Positions 24,234 to 37,745 of a stretch of DNA of 64,000 nucleotides are shown one piece after another; the stretch's first letter is position 1; every line of letters begins with the position of its first letter. Source of the stretch: Vicugna vicugna (taxonomy: Eukaryota); the NCBI GenBank assembly GCA_013265495.1, contig MU058781.1, positions 5,459,050 through 5,523,049 on the forward strand, in the 5' to 3' direction. Made by a program: the position numbers and the translations under genes. A model generated the notes under the pieces. That model was given only the letters and a program-made list of their open reading frames with translations. It had not been told where the DNA came from and ran no database searches.

Positions 24234-25690
24234 CCTGTTGTGCACTTACCGGACTGCACTATTACAAACTATAAAAATAATAGATTGTGGAGAGAATGAA
24301 TACTCCAACACTCATCTGCCATGCAACGTTTTTTTTTTTAAAAAAAGGAAGAATAGAAAGAATACAACTATTCCTCACCGCCAGAACATACCATGCGTGG
24401 AATCAGCACCTCTGGGGTGGCGACCAGGAAGAGCTCTGGGACCCAGACACATTCCTTGGACTTTCCTTCTTTTTATGATCAAGTAAAGGAATCTGGAAAA
24501 TTGTTGACATTAGTTAAGTGGCAGTTTAGACAAAAAGTGGGTACCTTTTAGAAAATGATGCTGTTATATCTCCTTAATGTATCCCAAGGTAAGTTTCCTA
24601 CCTGCAGCCAATTTTGTAAGAATTCATTCTAAGGATTTACTTGGTTCTCTTTGTACGGGTCCCGGAGCTCCGGACATTTTTCATAGGAAAATTTTTCTTA
24701 AAGAGGTAGTCGTCGTTTTAATGTCACTTCTGTTTTTCTAACTTGTTCGAGAATGATTGGGAGGCAGACAGATCTCAAAATCAATTCTGGGACTTTTTTT
24801 AAAGTGGACAACAAAGTTGTCGGATTTAAACCAGTCTGGCTAGTGGAAAACAGATCACTCCACGTGGATGGTTTCCTGTTCCTTCTCCTCTCTGCCCCCA
24901 GCCACCTCCCTTCAATTATAAAGCGCTTCCAGTTTGGTTAGATGATTTCTGTGGAGTCGCCAGCACTCCTTGGGCCTCTTGAGTTGGTGGAACATTTTAT
25001 TTTGAGATTGGAAGGGGAGGGCATGTTCCTTGGGAAGGGAGGGCATAGCTCGCTGAGATGAAGCTAGGTGGTGTCCACGCTCGGGGCGGTTCCTAGCCCT
25101 CCCACGCACCCTGCTCCAGCTTCACCCAGTGGGGTCGCTTTTGCTTGAGCCATCCAGCCTTTTACAGCCTTATCATAGATATCCTAGCATTGTGTGCTTT
25201 TTTTTTTCTTTTTTTGTAGTAAATGCTTAAGTATTAACTTTTTGTTGTCCCTCTGTTTAAGAGGGGTTTGGGGGTTTTTTGTTTCTGTATTCTTAATCAT
25301 GTTTTCTATTCCCACTTGGGCATTTTGGACGCTGGTCAGCTTGTGGGTTTTCTAGGATGTCAGGAAACCTAGATGACCTTACTGGGTGCAATACTAGCTA
25401 AGTTAAAGCTAGAAACCTACACTGTCACTTTACTGAGAATTCTGAGTATACTTTTCATATTGCCTTAATGTAGCAGTAATGTGTTTATGCATTTGTTTCT
25501 TTGCACAGACATTTTGTCAGATATTAAAACTCTACTTTTTTATGGCACATATTAACATATAAGCCTTTATTCCAAGAGGTATTTATTTTTTCACTTGTAA
25601 AAAGTAATGTTTCCACATAAAGAACTCTGTTATATCCTAGAGGACTTCTGTCTTTTATATTCAGGATAATAAAGACTTTAAAGCAAACAT
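24234..25690 (+). other. MYLIP: MYLIP 3' UTR (inferred end)
   Basis: Repeat-free, U-rich sequence from the stop codon to the AATAAA at 25668; carries miRNA seed matches. Confidence 0.7.
25668..25673 (+). terminator. MYLIP: Polyadenylation signal AATAAA
   Basis: AATAAA with a GU-rich element (gggtgtttgt, 25691-25700) downstream; alternative ATTAAA at 25523-25528. Confidence 0.75.
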
Positions 25691-26310
25691 GGGTGTTTGT
25701 ATCGTCACAGTTATTTTCCCTTAAGCCAGTTTTTATTCATTTAGAAGAAAAAAGCATTGATAACATCATGGTTGGTGTCTAATGTGGTCGTGTGCGAAAA
25801 ATGTGAAAGTGTTTAGGGTATTGGCTCTAATGGAGGAGAATGTTTACCCCGTGATTCACTCATCTATGTTTTCTGGTTTATAGGATTGGAATGTAGGTGA
25901 AAATGGGGTAATGTACACAAGCAGACGAAAAGTAAAAGTTGGGAAAAGAACTGGAAGGTATTGGAGAAGGAAGGGAATGGCGAAGTTGGAAGTTAAAAAT
26001 TTAAACTCAGATGATGTCGCTAGTGCGTCTCCTGGTCAGGACAGGTGAGTGCCGGTCTGGTCCCTGCAGTGGTGGCCTCAGGCTATACACGCCAGGGCTG
26101 CATTCTGTAGGATGGCCAGCCTGCTACTTCTAGGACCTCGCTACTCTAAGTGTGCCTGTGTGTGCTCATTTGTGTTGCTCAGGAAACACTCTGTAAAGAA
26201 CGGTGCACATAATACATGTAACTCAGAACTGTCTGTAGCCATTGAGTAATTTCAGCTGCTGCAAAAGTTCAGTTTGGTACAAGTGCAGTTATTTCAAGTA
26301 AATAATTTTT

Positions 26311-26467
26311 AAAAAATTTTTTTAATTAAAAAAATATTTTTTACTTTATTATGGGTAGGGGGAGGAAATTAGGTTTATTTATTTTTGAGAGGAGGTACTC
26401 AGGATTGAACCCAGAACCTTGTACATGTTAAGCACACGCTCTACCATTTGAGCTGTACCCTCCCCCC
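26311..26467 (-). mobile_element. tRNA-derived SINE (Vic-1-like)
   Basis: Same family, inverted; TSD agtaaataattttt at 26297-26310 and 26468-26481. Confidence 0.88.
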
Positions 26468-28644
26468 AGTAAATAATTTTTTAAAAATTGAGAGACAATA
26501 TTTGCTTTCTACTATTCTTATATGTAAGCCAATCTCTGATCAATTTCTAGGAATTAATTCATTTGTTCATTTAACACGTTAATTGAGTACCTGCTAAGTT
26601 ATTACTGAGCAGTGGAAATTTAATCATGATCAAGACATGAATGGCACAGGATGCCTGTGTCATGTACTTAACCTCTAATTTACACTAGTTTCTCTGTATA
26701 TTGAAGTTAAATAATGTTCAAAATCATAAAATATTAGCACTGGAGAAGATCTTAAGTGTGGTAGTCTCTAAATGCTGGCCAGAATAATGGATGGAAGGAT
26801 GAGTGTATGGATGACAGGTCAACAAACAGGTAAGATATTGTTCATCCTGTGGACCCCTGAAGCTCAGTGACTAACATGAAAACTACTATTTTACAAGATG
26901 ACTTAATTGAACTATAAGTAAAGTGCTCTGAAGACCCAGAAAGTAATAGTTAATTCTCCATAGGGGCCAAGGGCAAGGGTGCTTCTCAAAGGCCCTTTGA
27001 GCTAAGCCTTAACATTCTAGGTGGATCTTACCAGGTGGCGCATACAGGGTTAGAATGCAGTTTGGTGGAGCTGTCAATGAAATGAAGAAATAAAGCTGTG
27101 AAGGGAACGTGGGTAGAGTTACGGTAATGGGTGACCTTGAATTCCAGGTTTGATTTGGATGTGGTTCTCCACTGCCTTTAGAACCAGGAACTTCAGGGAT
27201 GGGAGAGTGGCAGCTCTGATTCTTACACAGGGAATTCCTACCACAGAGGAGAGGATACACAAGAGTGGGAAGAGAACGGAGGCAGGGAACATCTATCGAC
27301 ATGAAAATGAGACAGATCAGGAGACTTCAGAAGTATGATCAGTATTGAGTAAGACAGACAAGTCATAGACAAATCCTGCCTCTAGTTTGGAACAGGTAGT
27401 CTTTAATAGAGGGACAAATAGAGGGGAGTGGGCCATAGGAGCAGAAAGGGAATTTAATTTGATTTTGAACAGGCTGCATTTGAGATGCTTGGTGACTGGC
27501 AAACCTGGGGTCACTTGAAAACTTGGGTTGGAACTTCCAGAGGATGGAAAAAGTAAAGAGAAGCATTTGGTGGCTGTTACATTTAACTGGTATTTGAAGA
27601 CATGACAATACAAGAAGTCGTCCGTAGGAACGATAAATGGGGGTCGACATGCACTGGTGGTGAGTGAGGTGGAGTAAGTCACAATGGGACCGTAGGAGTA
27701 GGCTGGGTCAAGAGAAGCATTTTGATTTTGTATTTTAAATAGGAAGACGTGGGTAGGCATAGAGGAGGGGGCCACCGAGAGGTCTTTTTCTTAAGAGTTA
27801 CAAAAAATAGTGGTGCAGCTAGAGATGTTTTCCCCCACCCTACCCCATTCCCATACGTCCACCCTGTACTTACCCTGTCACACATGTGGAGCTCAGGTGC
27901 AATGCATGAAAATTCTGGGGTTAGCCCCTTAACTCTGCCATTGAGCCCTGAGGATCAGGAGCCCCATAGAGTGACTGCTTTTGGGCAAAGCACAAACTCT
28001 TCCAAGTAAAATGTGAGGAAGGATTGCCCCATAGAATGGAAGTTTGAGCAAATTTCTAAACAAGTGTGGGGGAAAGTATGTGGACAAGTCACTGCAAGTA
28101 AGCAGTGGCAGAGGATGCTTGGGTGTTGAGAGGACTCGTAATAAACCAGGAAGGTCAGTGTTTTTAAAAGTTTTACCAAGAAATGGGGGGAAAAAAAGCC
28201 TAGACAGAGTTCAAGCACAGTCCGAATTCAAGACAAAATGCAGCCATTTTGGTCTTTCTCACTACTTATCATATTCAGTTCCTTCTCACAGAAATCCTAG
28301 AACACTGCAAATCACTTTTTTCGTATTTGCAGAATCTCTTTGAAATGAGTTTGTTTAAAATCTGCAAGATGTTAGAGTTAGCCCTATGCCTTTTAAAAAC
28401 AAAACTATGTCAAGACCCCACCAATTACACAGATTTAACACACCTGCCAGATGCATACAGAAAAAAAATTCACTTCAAGCAAAAGCTAAACATCTGTTGT
28501 TCATAAACTTGTGCTAAAGCTAAGAGGAAAAAAACTCAAAAGCATAAGTAAGGCGTCTATCAAAGGGTGATTCTTCCAGGTAAGAAGAAAATTCCTATAC
28601 GCATATGTGAACCAAAAAGATAATAGTTCTAAGACCAAAATACT

Positions 28645-28715
28645 GTGTATACATGTATGTATAGACATACGCATGAACACGTATGTGTATACATATATGC
28701 ACATATGTGTATATA
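28645..28715. repeat. Degenerate (TA/CA/TG)n alternating purine-pyrimidine tract
   Basis: tgtgtatacatgtatgtatagacatacgcatg...atatgtgtatata. Confidence 0.7.
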
Positions 28716-29127
28716 TTGCTGGTAATTGTTCACTATAGACCCTGTTCATAAATACTTAGAGAAAGTGAAGTAGGGAGGTCACTGGATTGGGTGCATTGGG
28801 GAAGGCTTTTTGAAGTGGCTAAGTTGTTCTTTGTCTTGCAATCAGTACAGAATTTGGGTTGGTGGGAGGGAAAACAAAGCATGAGAATGTGGCACATGCA
28901 GGTGAGGGACCAAGGATGTGACAGAAAAGATAGGAAGAGAGTAGAGCCAATCCGTGAAGAGAAAGATCTTAGGTTTGATTTGATGAGGGTGTGAGAGATA
29001 CAGTAAGATCTTTCTTCATCTGTTGGTTCCCTCGGTTTTTGTTCGTTAATTTGGACATTGATTTATTAACCTCAGCAAATATGTATTAAGCACCTGGTAT
29101 ATATCAGGCTCTCTGTTAGGGCTAGAA

Positions 29128-29337
29128 CTGTGGTTCTCAGCTGGGGTCATTTTCTCCCCCAGGAGGCACTGGGCAATGTCTGGAGACAATTTTTAATCAT
29201 CACATGAGGATGGGTTGCTACTGGCATTTAGTGGTGGAGGCCAGGGATGATTGCATCCTATAATGCACAGGACAGCCCCCGATACCACGGAATTTTCTGG
29301 CCCAAAATGTCAATACTGCTGCTCTTGAGAAACCCTG
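29128..29337. mobile_element. MER20 hAT-Charlie DNA transposon, inserted in an L2 remnant (~29060-29750)
   Basis: Termini ctgtggttctcagc...ttgagaaaccctg; internal ggcaatgtctggagac, gaggccagggatg, ctggcccaaaatgtcaata. Confidence 0.85.
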
Positions 29338-31029
29338 GACCAGAGGGTTCAGATATCCCAGATAAAGTCCTTGCCCTTTCAGGATCACCAAGGGGAACTG
29401 GCATTGTAAACTAATAATTCCAGTCTACTGAACTCCACAGTGAAGCAGGTCCTAGATACTGTGGAGGAACAGAATAAGATGCCACTAACTTTGCTTACAT
29501 TGGAAAGATTTCTGGGAGAAAGTCATGTTGGAGATGAGTCTTAACAATGAGTTAAACCTCACCCAGATAGGAAATGTAGGCAGAAGGAAAGTGTTCAAAC
29601 ATGTGACACATTTGGGACCAGTGGGCAGTTAGGCATAACTGGAATACAGGGTGTGTGGTTGGATGGGTTGTTGGCGGGAGAATGGTGAGAGACGAAGCCG
29701 GGAAGTTAGGTTGGGACCACATCCAGGAGGTAGGACCCCAGCCCGACTCGATAAAAAGGACAGTATCCACAAATGTCACGTAAGGGAACCTAGAAGTAGC
29801 TGGATTCCGCAGTTCTGTTCACAGCACTCTTTTCTGTAGATTTTATTTCCTCGTCTGGGCTCCGGTAAGCGTGTGTCCTCTGAGTTTTGAGTCAAGGTAA
29901 TAGTGATATAAAACCCTTGCTGATAATTTGCCCTAAAGATGGAAGCTGTCAGATAATCATCCAGAATTTAAAAGCTCATCTCAGTATTCCTTCAGATGAA
30001 GAAAACGGCAGGATGAAAACATAGCAGAGCTTATTAGTAACATCTTATCCATTTTTTCCCTAAATGGTTAGAACATACTCCCTTTCCCCGCTCTTTACAC
30101 CAGCGTTTCAGTTATTAAAGCTGTCTGTTTTTCATTCTAAATCCTAGGAGGATTTCCCCCATGAATTTAACATGACTGAGGAAACTTGCTCTAGGGTAAA
30201 ACTTTGCTGCAAATGATCTGAGACCAGGCTGCTGAATAAAGAGACTAAAAATGAATCACGGCCTTTTTGTAGCTTCAGATGTGGAGCTGCCTTTCTCCTT
30301 CACCCCCAATTTCATGATTATTCATAATAGAAAGAGGCCAGCCTTATACAGTGATTGCATGCAACAAATGTCCTTTGTGTTCAAAACCAGGGGCTGATGC
30401 TGCTACGGGCCAGGAGAGTGTTAGGGGGACGTGGGAGGGAGTTGGGGGTAGAGGAGCTACCATGTCTACCTTCAGAGCTTCTCCAGAGGCCACCCCTATG
30501 GGTGCGGTATGGTGCTCATAAATGGCAGGTGTGTATGACACCCGTAGGGTCAGGCAGTGCCTTCAAAATGGCACTCAGGTTATCTGTTCAGGCCCAAGTT
30601 CCTGCATGTGTAAAAATGACTTTCCTGGGTTTTAGATATGATGTCAGCTCTACCAAAAGCCGGTGTAACTTACATCACAAACTTTAAGTGGAATTACAAG
30701 TCTTTCTCAGTGCCCCCTCTTCTGTTTCTGCCTCTTGGCAGGGGAAAGAGGAAGGTAGACCCCACCCTCCAGTCTGGGAGCCATGAGCCCCACCCCTACC
30801 TCAGTAATTGATTCGGGAAGGCATTTCCCACTTCATAGCTCCCCGCTGTTTGAAAGTTCTTTTTCCTTTTGAGAAGCCGCCAAGCTTTCCCTCTCCCCTC
30901 TGGTGTGTAACCTAAATTTATACACAGTACTACGTAAGAGTCTTTGCTGAGGATCCTTAGCACGGGGGCCCACGAGGTCCAGCCCTAGATGCTAGACCGG
31001 TCTAACGGCTTTATAGGAATCCACCTGTC

Positions 31030-31160
31030 TCATCCTCACAATGCGCCTGTGAAGTAAGTGCCCTTACGGCCTCATTTATAGCGAGAACCTGAGGCACAGA
31101 AAGATGAAGTGACTTCTTAAGGTCACAGAGCTAGAAAGAGGGAGAGCCAGGAGTCAAATT
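31030..31160. mobile_element. MIR fragment
   Basis: cattttatagcgagaacctgaggcacagaaagatgaagtgacttcttaaggtcacagagcta, the MIR core. Confidence 0.75.
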
Positions 31161-31945
31161 GTGATGTTGTGATTCATACTAAAAAATATATATTTGGTCT
31201 TGGTCACCGTTCCTGGCACAGAGCTCCTAAAACCCTTGGAATTGTTGTACTAAGTGATGAGATCAATAAAGACGTCTTTGAGGTGACTTCTGGATCTCAC
31301 CTAAGGATGGGACTGGTTGCCAGGGAACCCAACTATGAGATGAGAGGGTTGGAACTTTCAGTCCCAACCCCCAGCCTCTAGGGAGGGGAGAAGGGGCTGG
31401 AGCTTGAATCAGTCACTAATAGCTAATGAGTTCATCACCCTATGTAATGAAGCCTCCATAAAAACCCCGAAGAAAAGGGTGCAGATGATTTCTGGGTTGG
31501 TGAACATGTAGGGATCTGGGAGAGGGGCGTCTAGAGAGGGCGTGGAAGCTCTGTGCCCCTTCCCACACACCTTGCCCTGAGCATCTCTTCCACCTGGCAG
31601 TTCCTGAGTTACTTTTTAAAGCAATGAACTGGTAGTCTAGTAAGTAAAATGTTTCTCAGAGTTCTGAGTCACTCTAGCAAATTAATCTGACCTGAGGAGG
31701 GGGTTCTGGGGACCTCTGGTTTACAGGCAGGCAGAAGCACCGTAACAACCCGGGCTTTTTCAACTTGCATCTGAAGTGGGCGGCAGGGGCAGTCTTGTAG
31801 GACTGAAGCCTTACCTTATAGAATTGGATGCTGTCTCTGGGTGGACGGTGTCAGAATTGAGTTGAATTCTCTGACACCCTGCTGGTATCTGAATTGCTTG
31901 GTGTTGTGTGGGAAGCCCCAGCCCCAGCCCTCACTTTGGAATTAA
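31161..31945. mobile_element. MER21-like ERV solo LTR
   Basis: ttcctggcacagagctcctaaaacccttggaatt, tatgtaatgaagcctccataaaaaccc and gtgtcagaattgagttgaatt are recalled MER21 hallmarks. Confidence 0.75.
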
Positions 31946-33106
31946 TTTACAAAAGCCACCATGGCCACGGGAGCTCTGAAGCCCCACCCAGCACTGCTGC
32001 AAAACTGCACCGGGCCTCAGACGGGCTCACACAGAACATCCAAGGGACATGATGACAAATAAATGGCTTTGTTTCTTTGCTTTTGTTTTTTAATGAGTGT
32101 GACTAACAGTCCAAATTCTCTCCACCTCCTTGAGTTTGAGGGTATAACTGTGAATTGCAAGAATCCTCACTATTCATGGCTCTCACACCCTTCCCCTTTG
32201 AAACAGCCCAATTCCACCCCATGAAGCAATTTTGCTTTTAATTATTATGTGTTTTCTAGGAAAAAAAAATACAAACCCTTTAACAGACAGTGGGAAGGTA
32301 TTCAGATAGAAACAAATGGGATTAGGAGTCCGGGGTTTCCAGCACTGTGTTTTTGACCAACTGAAAGGATTGTTGAAAACAACTGAAGGACTTAAATCTT
32401 GGCTAGCTCTGGAGCTTTCAAAGTATCAATGTTAATACCCATTTCTTTGCCAGCCGTCCTCAGCTGGCTTCATGTTACCACCACTAATCCCCAAGGAGAG
32501 AACGAGAGCCGGGGTTGCGCAGGCCTTCGAGCTGGACAGGAGAATGTGTGTGCGCTGCATCCAGCTTCTGTGAGCAGCACGGCAGGTCCCTGGAGGGCCG
32601 CCCCCCCCCCGCCCCGTTCCAGGTCCACACCCACCGGGAAAAGGGCTAACATCTAGAGCCACCTCCACAAAGCGTTCCTTAGAAATGGATACTTCGCGCA
32701 AGACTTTGAGGAAAGATGGGGAAAGACTGACATTATACACGCAGTGTGGCAAAAAATGTCTGAAACCCCCATGCAGGCATCTCTGTCCTTCCTTTGCTGA
32801 CACCATAAATGCAACAGAGAGAGGAGGCAAGAAAGTGAGCCTAATAAAAATAGGGAAGGAAATGTGGAAGAAGAGGAAGAACAGGGAACGGGGAATATTT
32901 TTCTTTAAACTCAGGTGAACCAAATATCTTTGTTAGCTGAGTTAGCAAAGGGGAGTCAACTGGGGGATGATGGTGAAACTCCTCGAAGTATTTCCTCCTC
33001 TTCTCTTTTGGGCTGTTTATTACTTATGAACCATGAGAGTAAATTGCAGTGCCAGGAGAGTGAAGATGGTGGAATTCATTCCCTTCCGTATGTCTCCGAC
33101 CATCTA

Positions 33107-33424
33107 CAGTCATCCCTCAGTATCCACAGGAATTGGTTCCAGGATCCTCCACAGATTCCAAAATCTGTGGACACTTAAGTTCCTTATAGAAAATGGCATC
33201 GTATTTGCATGTAACTTTGGCACATCCTCCTGTATTCTTTAAGACATCTCTGGATTACTTAGAATACCTAGTACAGTGTAAGTGCCATGTAAATAGTTGC
33301 CAGCATGCAACAAATTCAAGTTTTGCTTTTGGGAGCCTTCTGGAATTTTGTTTCTTTGAATAATTTTTGATTCACATTTGGTCAAGTCTTAGGATGCAGA
33401 ACCCGCAGATACAGAAGACTGACC
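33107..33424. mobile_element. MER2-like TcMar-Tigger MITE
   Basis: TA-cagtcatccctcagtatcc start, ttggttccaggatcc, and a degenerate inverted end gatacagaagactgaccg. Confidence 0.8.
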
Positions 33425-34334
33425 GAATGTGCAGTTGGTCAAGAGAAGACTCAAGCCACACCTCTTAATGCAAGCCTTCACTGAGGCTTGGTGCAAGAAA
33501 TCATTGAGTTATCAACAGACCTCAGCTTTTCAGCTCCTGAGTTGCTCAACTACACAGTAAAAGGAAGAAGCTGTGAATCAGTCAGAGCCTCAGTTTACTG
33601 CCCTTGAACTTGAATATCAGTGGCTTGGGAATGAAGGAAAGATCATGTTTGAATGTAAATGTCTAGCTTGCTATTCTGAGTCATAAGATAGTGCCACCTG
33701 TTTTTTAAGGGAGACCAGCCTCTTGTTACCTCAGTGTTACTGGGTGTCAGCCACCAGGGCCAGCATCACCCCAGGGATCTCCTGCACCTGGATGAGGCAT
33801 CCAGCTGACACATCACTGTCTGACACACTGCTGTCTATACACACATCTGCTCAGGGCACCCTCCATGTAAAATGCTCAGTAACTACCTGCTGCCAGCAGA
33901 GCTCAACCTGTACTCCTTGGAAGTCAAAATTCTTCATTACTTGGCCTCTACATACCTTTCCAGATTAGGTTTCTGTTCCACCTGTCATCCCACCACTGCT
34001 GAGACTGGAGTAAACTGTTCGGCTCTTCTGAATGTGTGTAGTGTCTCCTCTCTCCTCACTCCTGGACCTTTGCTGACATGTTTTGTAATGCCTGGAGAGC
34101 TTTTTTCCTTGCCTCTTTGCATTGTAGCTATATTCACCTGGCCTAAATGTTCTTCAGGGTCCAGCTTAGATCTCCCCACTTGCACAAATTCTTGCCTCCT
34201 CTGTCAAAATGAATTTCTGCTTCCATTATAATTCCAGAGCACTTGGCACCAACACGCAGCGTCAGAAGGTTTTGTTTGCTTTTTTAAATACATATGCCTA
34301 GATTACAGTAGTTCCTCCATTGTCCTTCCCATTA

Positions 34335-34500
34335 TCTAGCATACTATGTATTTACTTATTTATTTCTTTATTGTCTGTCTCCATCACCAGAAAGTAAAGA
34401 GATTTTGTCTGCTTTGTTTATTGCTGTATTCCCGATGCCCGAACAGTGCCTAGCAGATAGTAGGTACTCAATAAACATTTTTTAATAAATAAACAAATGA
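34335..34500. mobile_element. L2 3'-end fragment
   Basis: ttgctgtattcccgatgcccgaacagtgcctagcagatagtaggtactcaataaacattt. Confidence 0.75.
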
Positions 34501-35454
34501 CTCCTGGGAGCCTAGAGGTCCCAGACGGCCCTCCTCATCTTTCCATCACCTCAGAGTGGCTGGCAAAGTGCTTTGCACGTGTTTCTTGAATCCAACTGGA
34601 TGGGAGAGCCAGCCACCTGGATCTGGCTATGTATATCTGCTTTGAAGAGGAGATGTGAATTTAACTGCAATTACACAGCTGTGGTGCTATGAAGCAGGCG
34701 GGCACGGTGGAGGGTGAAACTCTTATAGGAAAATTCTAGGTTAATGGGCAACCCTAATTGCTAAATCTAATTAGGAAGAGGAAATAAGTTAAATTAAGAA
34801 TCCTTCGTGTAAGGAAACCAAATAAGAAGCTGTTGGGCGAAATTTTTCATTCCTCATTCACTTCGATCAGCTTTCTCAGAGAAGGCGGCAAGATAGCAGG
34901 GCTTCAGCAAGAGGGTTTTCTTGGCCCCAAAGCTATGCTGTCATGACTACAGAAACCAAGAGGAAAGGAAAACCTGGTCTCCGGCCACTGAATTCCTCTT
35001 TGGAATGTACTCAGGAGGAAGCCGCCACCTCATCTCTCCCAAGATCAAAAGGATTATCGCTGTGAAAGCTCGGGCTCTCATGCTTGAATCTTTGCCAACA
35101 AGCTTCCAGTTTGGAAAACTAATCCTCCTGAGTGGGCACAGTCACAGCTGTCCCCGCTCAAACAGGCGGCGCAGAAGCACCGTGCAGGTCACGCCTCCTG
35201 CTGAAACAGTTACTTGTCTTCAGTCATTTTGTCTGAAGAGATAGATTTTCCCCCCTTAATAGTTGTAGTTTTAATATGTTTACGTCCTCATCTTCTGCCA
35301 CACCTTAAGTATTACAGGGTCCCCTCCTTTTTTACCCTGAGAAATCCAACAAAACTGTATTAAAGAAATGCAATAATATGAATATCTCTAAGAATGACCA
35401 ACATCAATTCCAACAGAATTGTTATAGGTAAATATATGTATTCAGAAGCAGAGT

Positions 35455-35650
35455 GGGAACTTTAGTATCAGCTCCGTCAGGATGCTGGCTAAGCTCTGTC
35501 ACTTACTAATGATGTGAATTAAGGCAAGCAATAACTTTGATTTCCTCATCTGTGAAGTAGGGATAAAAATCATGCCTGTTCACAGTTACTCTGCAAAGAT
35601 TAAATGAGATAATGCTCATATCGCACTTAGCATCTAGAATACAGTAACCA
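35455..35650. mobile_element. MIR fragment
   Basis: tttcctcatctgtgaagtagggataa...gattaaatgagataatg...cacttagca. Confidence 0.7.
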
Positions 35651-36902
35651 ATTCGTCAGTGCCGAATGAATACGTTGAAAAACTGCCAGGTATCCTTCAA
35701 ACCACTGATCTGGACCTGCTACATTTCTGAGACAACAGACTTATGCTCCAAACAAGTGGGTCCCAAGCCTACTGTTTATGGCCGTGCTGGTTGTAACCTA
35801 AGGGGTACCACTCAAAGCTCATACCCCAAGGATCTGTGCATTGATTACAGTTTTACTGCATATGACAATGTTTTCCTAATAGATGGATATAGAGTTGCAT
35901 GGGAAGGGGAGACTTTTTCTACTTTGCACAAAGGCACTACACGGGCAAGCACTAGCCCTGGGCAGTGAAGACAAGCATTGGCGCCAGCTCTCTGGATGAA
36001 AGCAACTCGGGCTAGACGACTGTGGTTTTAGCCACAGTTGGGCTCATTCACGGGACTCTGAACACTGTAAGTATTGTTGAACGGGGCTGAAAAGCTGCTC
36101 TTGCTGGGCAGTGTTTTGGTTTGTCAGCTAGCTACTATGTTTGCTGTCCTTACTATAATCATTATTTCATTTTACTGTATTATTTATTATGTTCAAAGTC
36201 ATCACAGAGACCATGCCTGTCTCTGAAAATAGTTTGTCAGCATCATCTACCTGCCATAATGAAGATGAAAAGGCAGACCCCAGTGAGCATGTGCCATCCT
36301 GGAGCCAGCCATCTCTCTCTGGAATGAGGCCCTCTGCAGACCCAGCCTCCCTCTTTAGACTGAAAATAGATCCTGATCTGGACAGAGGACCTGAACTATG
36401 CCAACTGGCTAACGGGGGGATGACAAGAAGGATGGGGAAAAGGAAGCAAGGGTTGTGAGCACTGGGAAGCAAAGTAAATCATCAGGTCAACCACGGAGCA
36501 GCAATCAGAGATGGCCTTACCACAGCAAGGTGTCCTGGGAACCATAAATAGTCACAAGGACAAGATAGGTGATAGCCCAGGATAGGAGTCTCTCCCTTCT
36601 TTAAACCCGCATAACATGCTATTTGTGCCTTCCTATATTACACTTACACAGTGCCTGGTCATCCTCCTGGAAGTGTGTTCATAAAGGGCAAAGGATGTAA
36701 GAACCATGATTCCTGTCTCTTGTTTGTTTATACCATAACAAGTCTCTGCTGATTGATCCACCCACTTTCATAACACACTTTTCTGTATCTTAATTGCAAT
36801 GGTGGTAGTGGTAGAATTATACAACTCTGCATTTGTCAAAACCCATAGAACTGTATACCACAAAGAATGACTATTATTGTGTGTCAATTAAGAGAGAGAG
36901 TT

Positions 36903-37745
36903 TGTGGCAGACACCATTGTTGCCTACCCAGCAGCCTTCCTCCCATACCTTTCTTCCTTGCTAATTAAACCCTGACCTTATTCAGGTATCTGTTGGTTTA
37001 GGGGAGGCTGGACCCTTCCAGCCTCTCTTGGAGATATATCTTGATTAATCTAAACCAACTGGTAATCCAATTTCTCTTGTCATGGGTTGGTCTAAGAATG
37101 GCATTTGAAAATGAAAACACTATGTCAAAGAGATATTACATCTCCACATTCATTGCAGCATTATTTATGATAGCCAAGACATGGAAACAACCTAAGTGTT
37201 CATCAACAGATGCATGGATAAGAAAGATGTGATACATATACATCAGAATAGTAGTCAGCTGTAAGAAAGAAATAATCCTGCCTTTTGTGACAAAGTGGAT
37301 GGGCCTTGAGGACAGTATGCTAAGTGAAATAAGCCAGACAGAGAAAGGAAAACACTGAGGCATTTGACATAATTCTTACCAATCTAAGATGTGAAGGTCT
37401 GGAAGCTTCTGCATGAGTTCTGTCTTCTTTAGAAAGGGACTTCGGGGGGCTCATGTGCCCTCTTTTGTGGCTTTCAGTATTGTGTGAGGATGTGATGCCT
37501 GGAGTTGTTACTACAATCTTGCAGAAAGGAGGGGAGCTAGCGCACATGCAGACAATGGCCCGTCAGACAGATGGAGAGAATCTGGGTCATCGTGACAGCA
37601 CTGAGCTGCTGAGTTCATTGATCCTGGAGACCCAGCCCACACCAGCCCACCCCGACCACCTCCTGACTTAACCGCAGCGCGATGGAATGTATTTTTTTCC
37701 TTGTTGTTAAAGCTGCTTTATTTGGTTTTCCTATCACCTACTGTC
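36903..37745 (+). mobile_element. Old MaLR (MLT1-type) LTR interrupted by an L1 fragment at ~37105-37365
   Basis: MLT1-like tgtggcagacac start and gttaaagctgctttatttggttttcc end; the insert translates ISTFIAALFMIAKTWKQPKCSSTDAWIRKM (L1 ORF2 C-terminus). Confidence 0.6.

Noticed and set aside
24238..24486. ORF directly after the MYLIP stop (readthrough or downstream ORF)
   Set aside because: Not in frame with MYLIP, non-ATG start, and it crosses T and A homopolymer runs.
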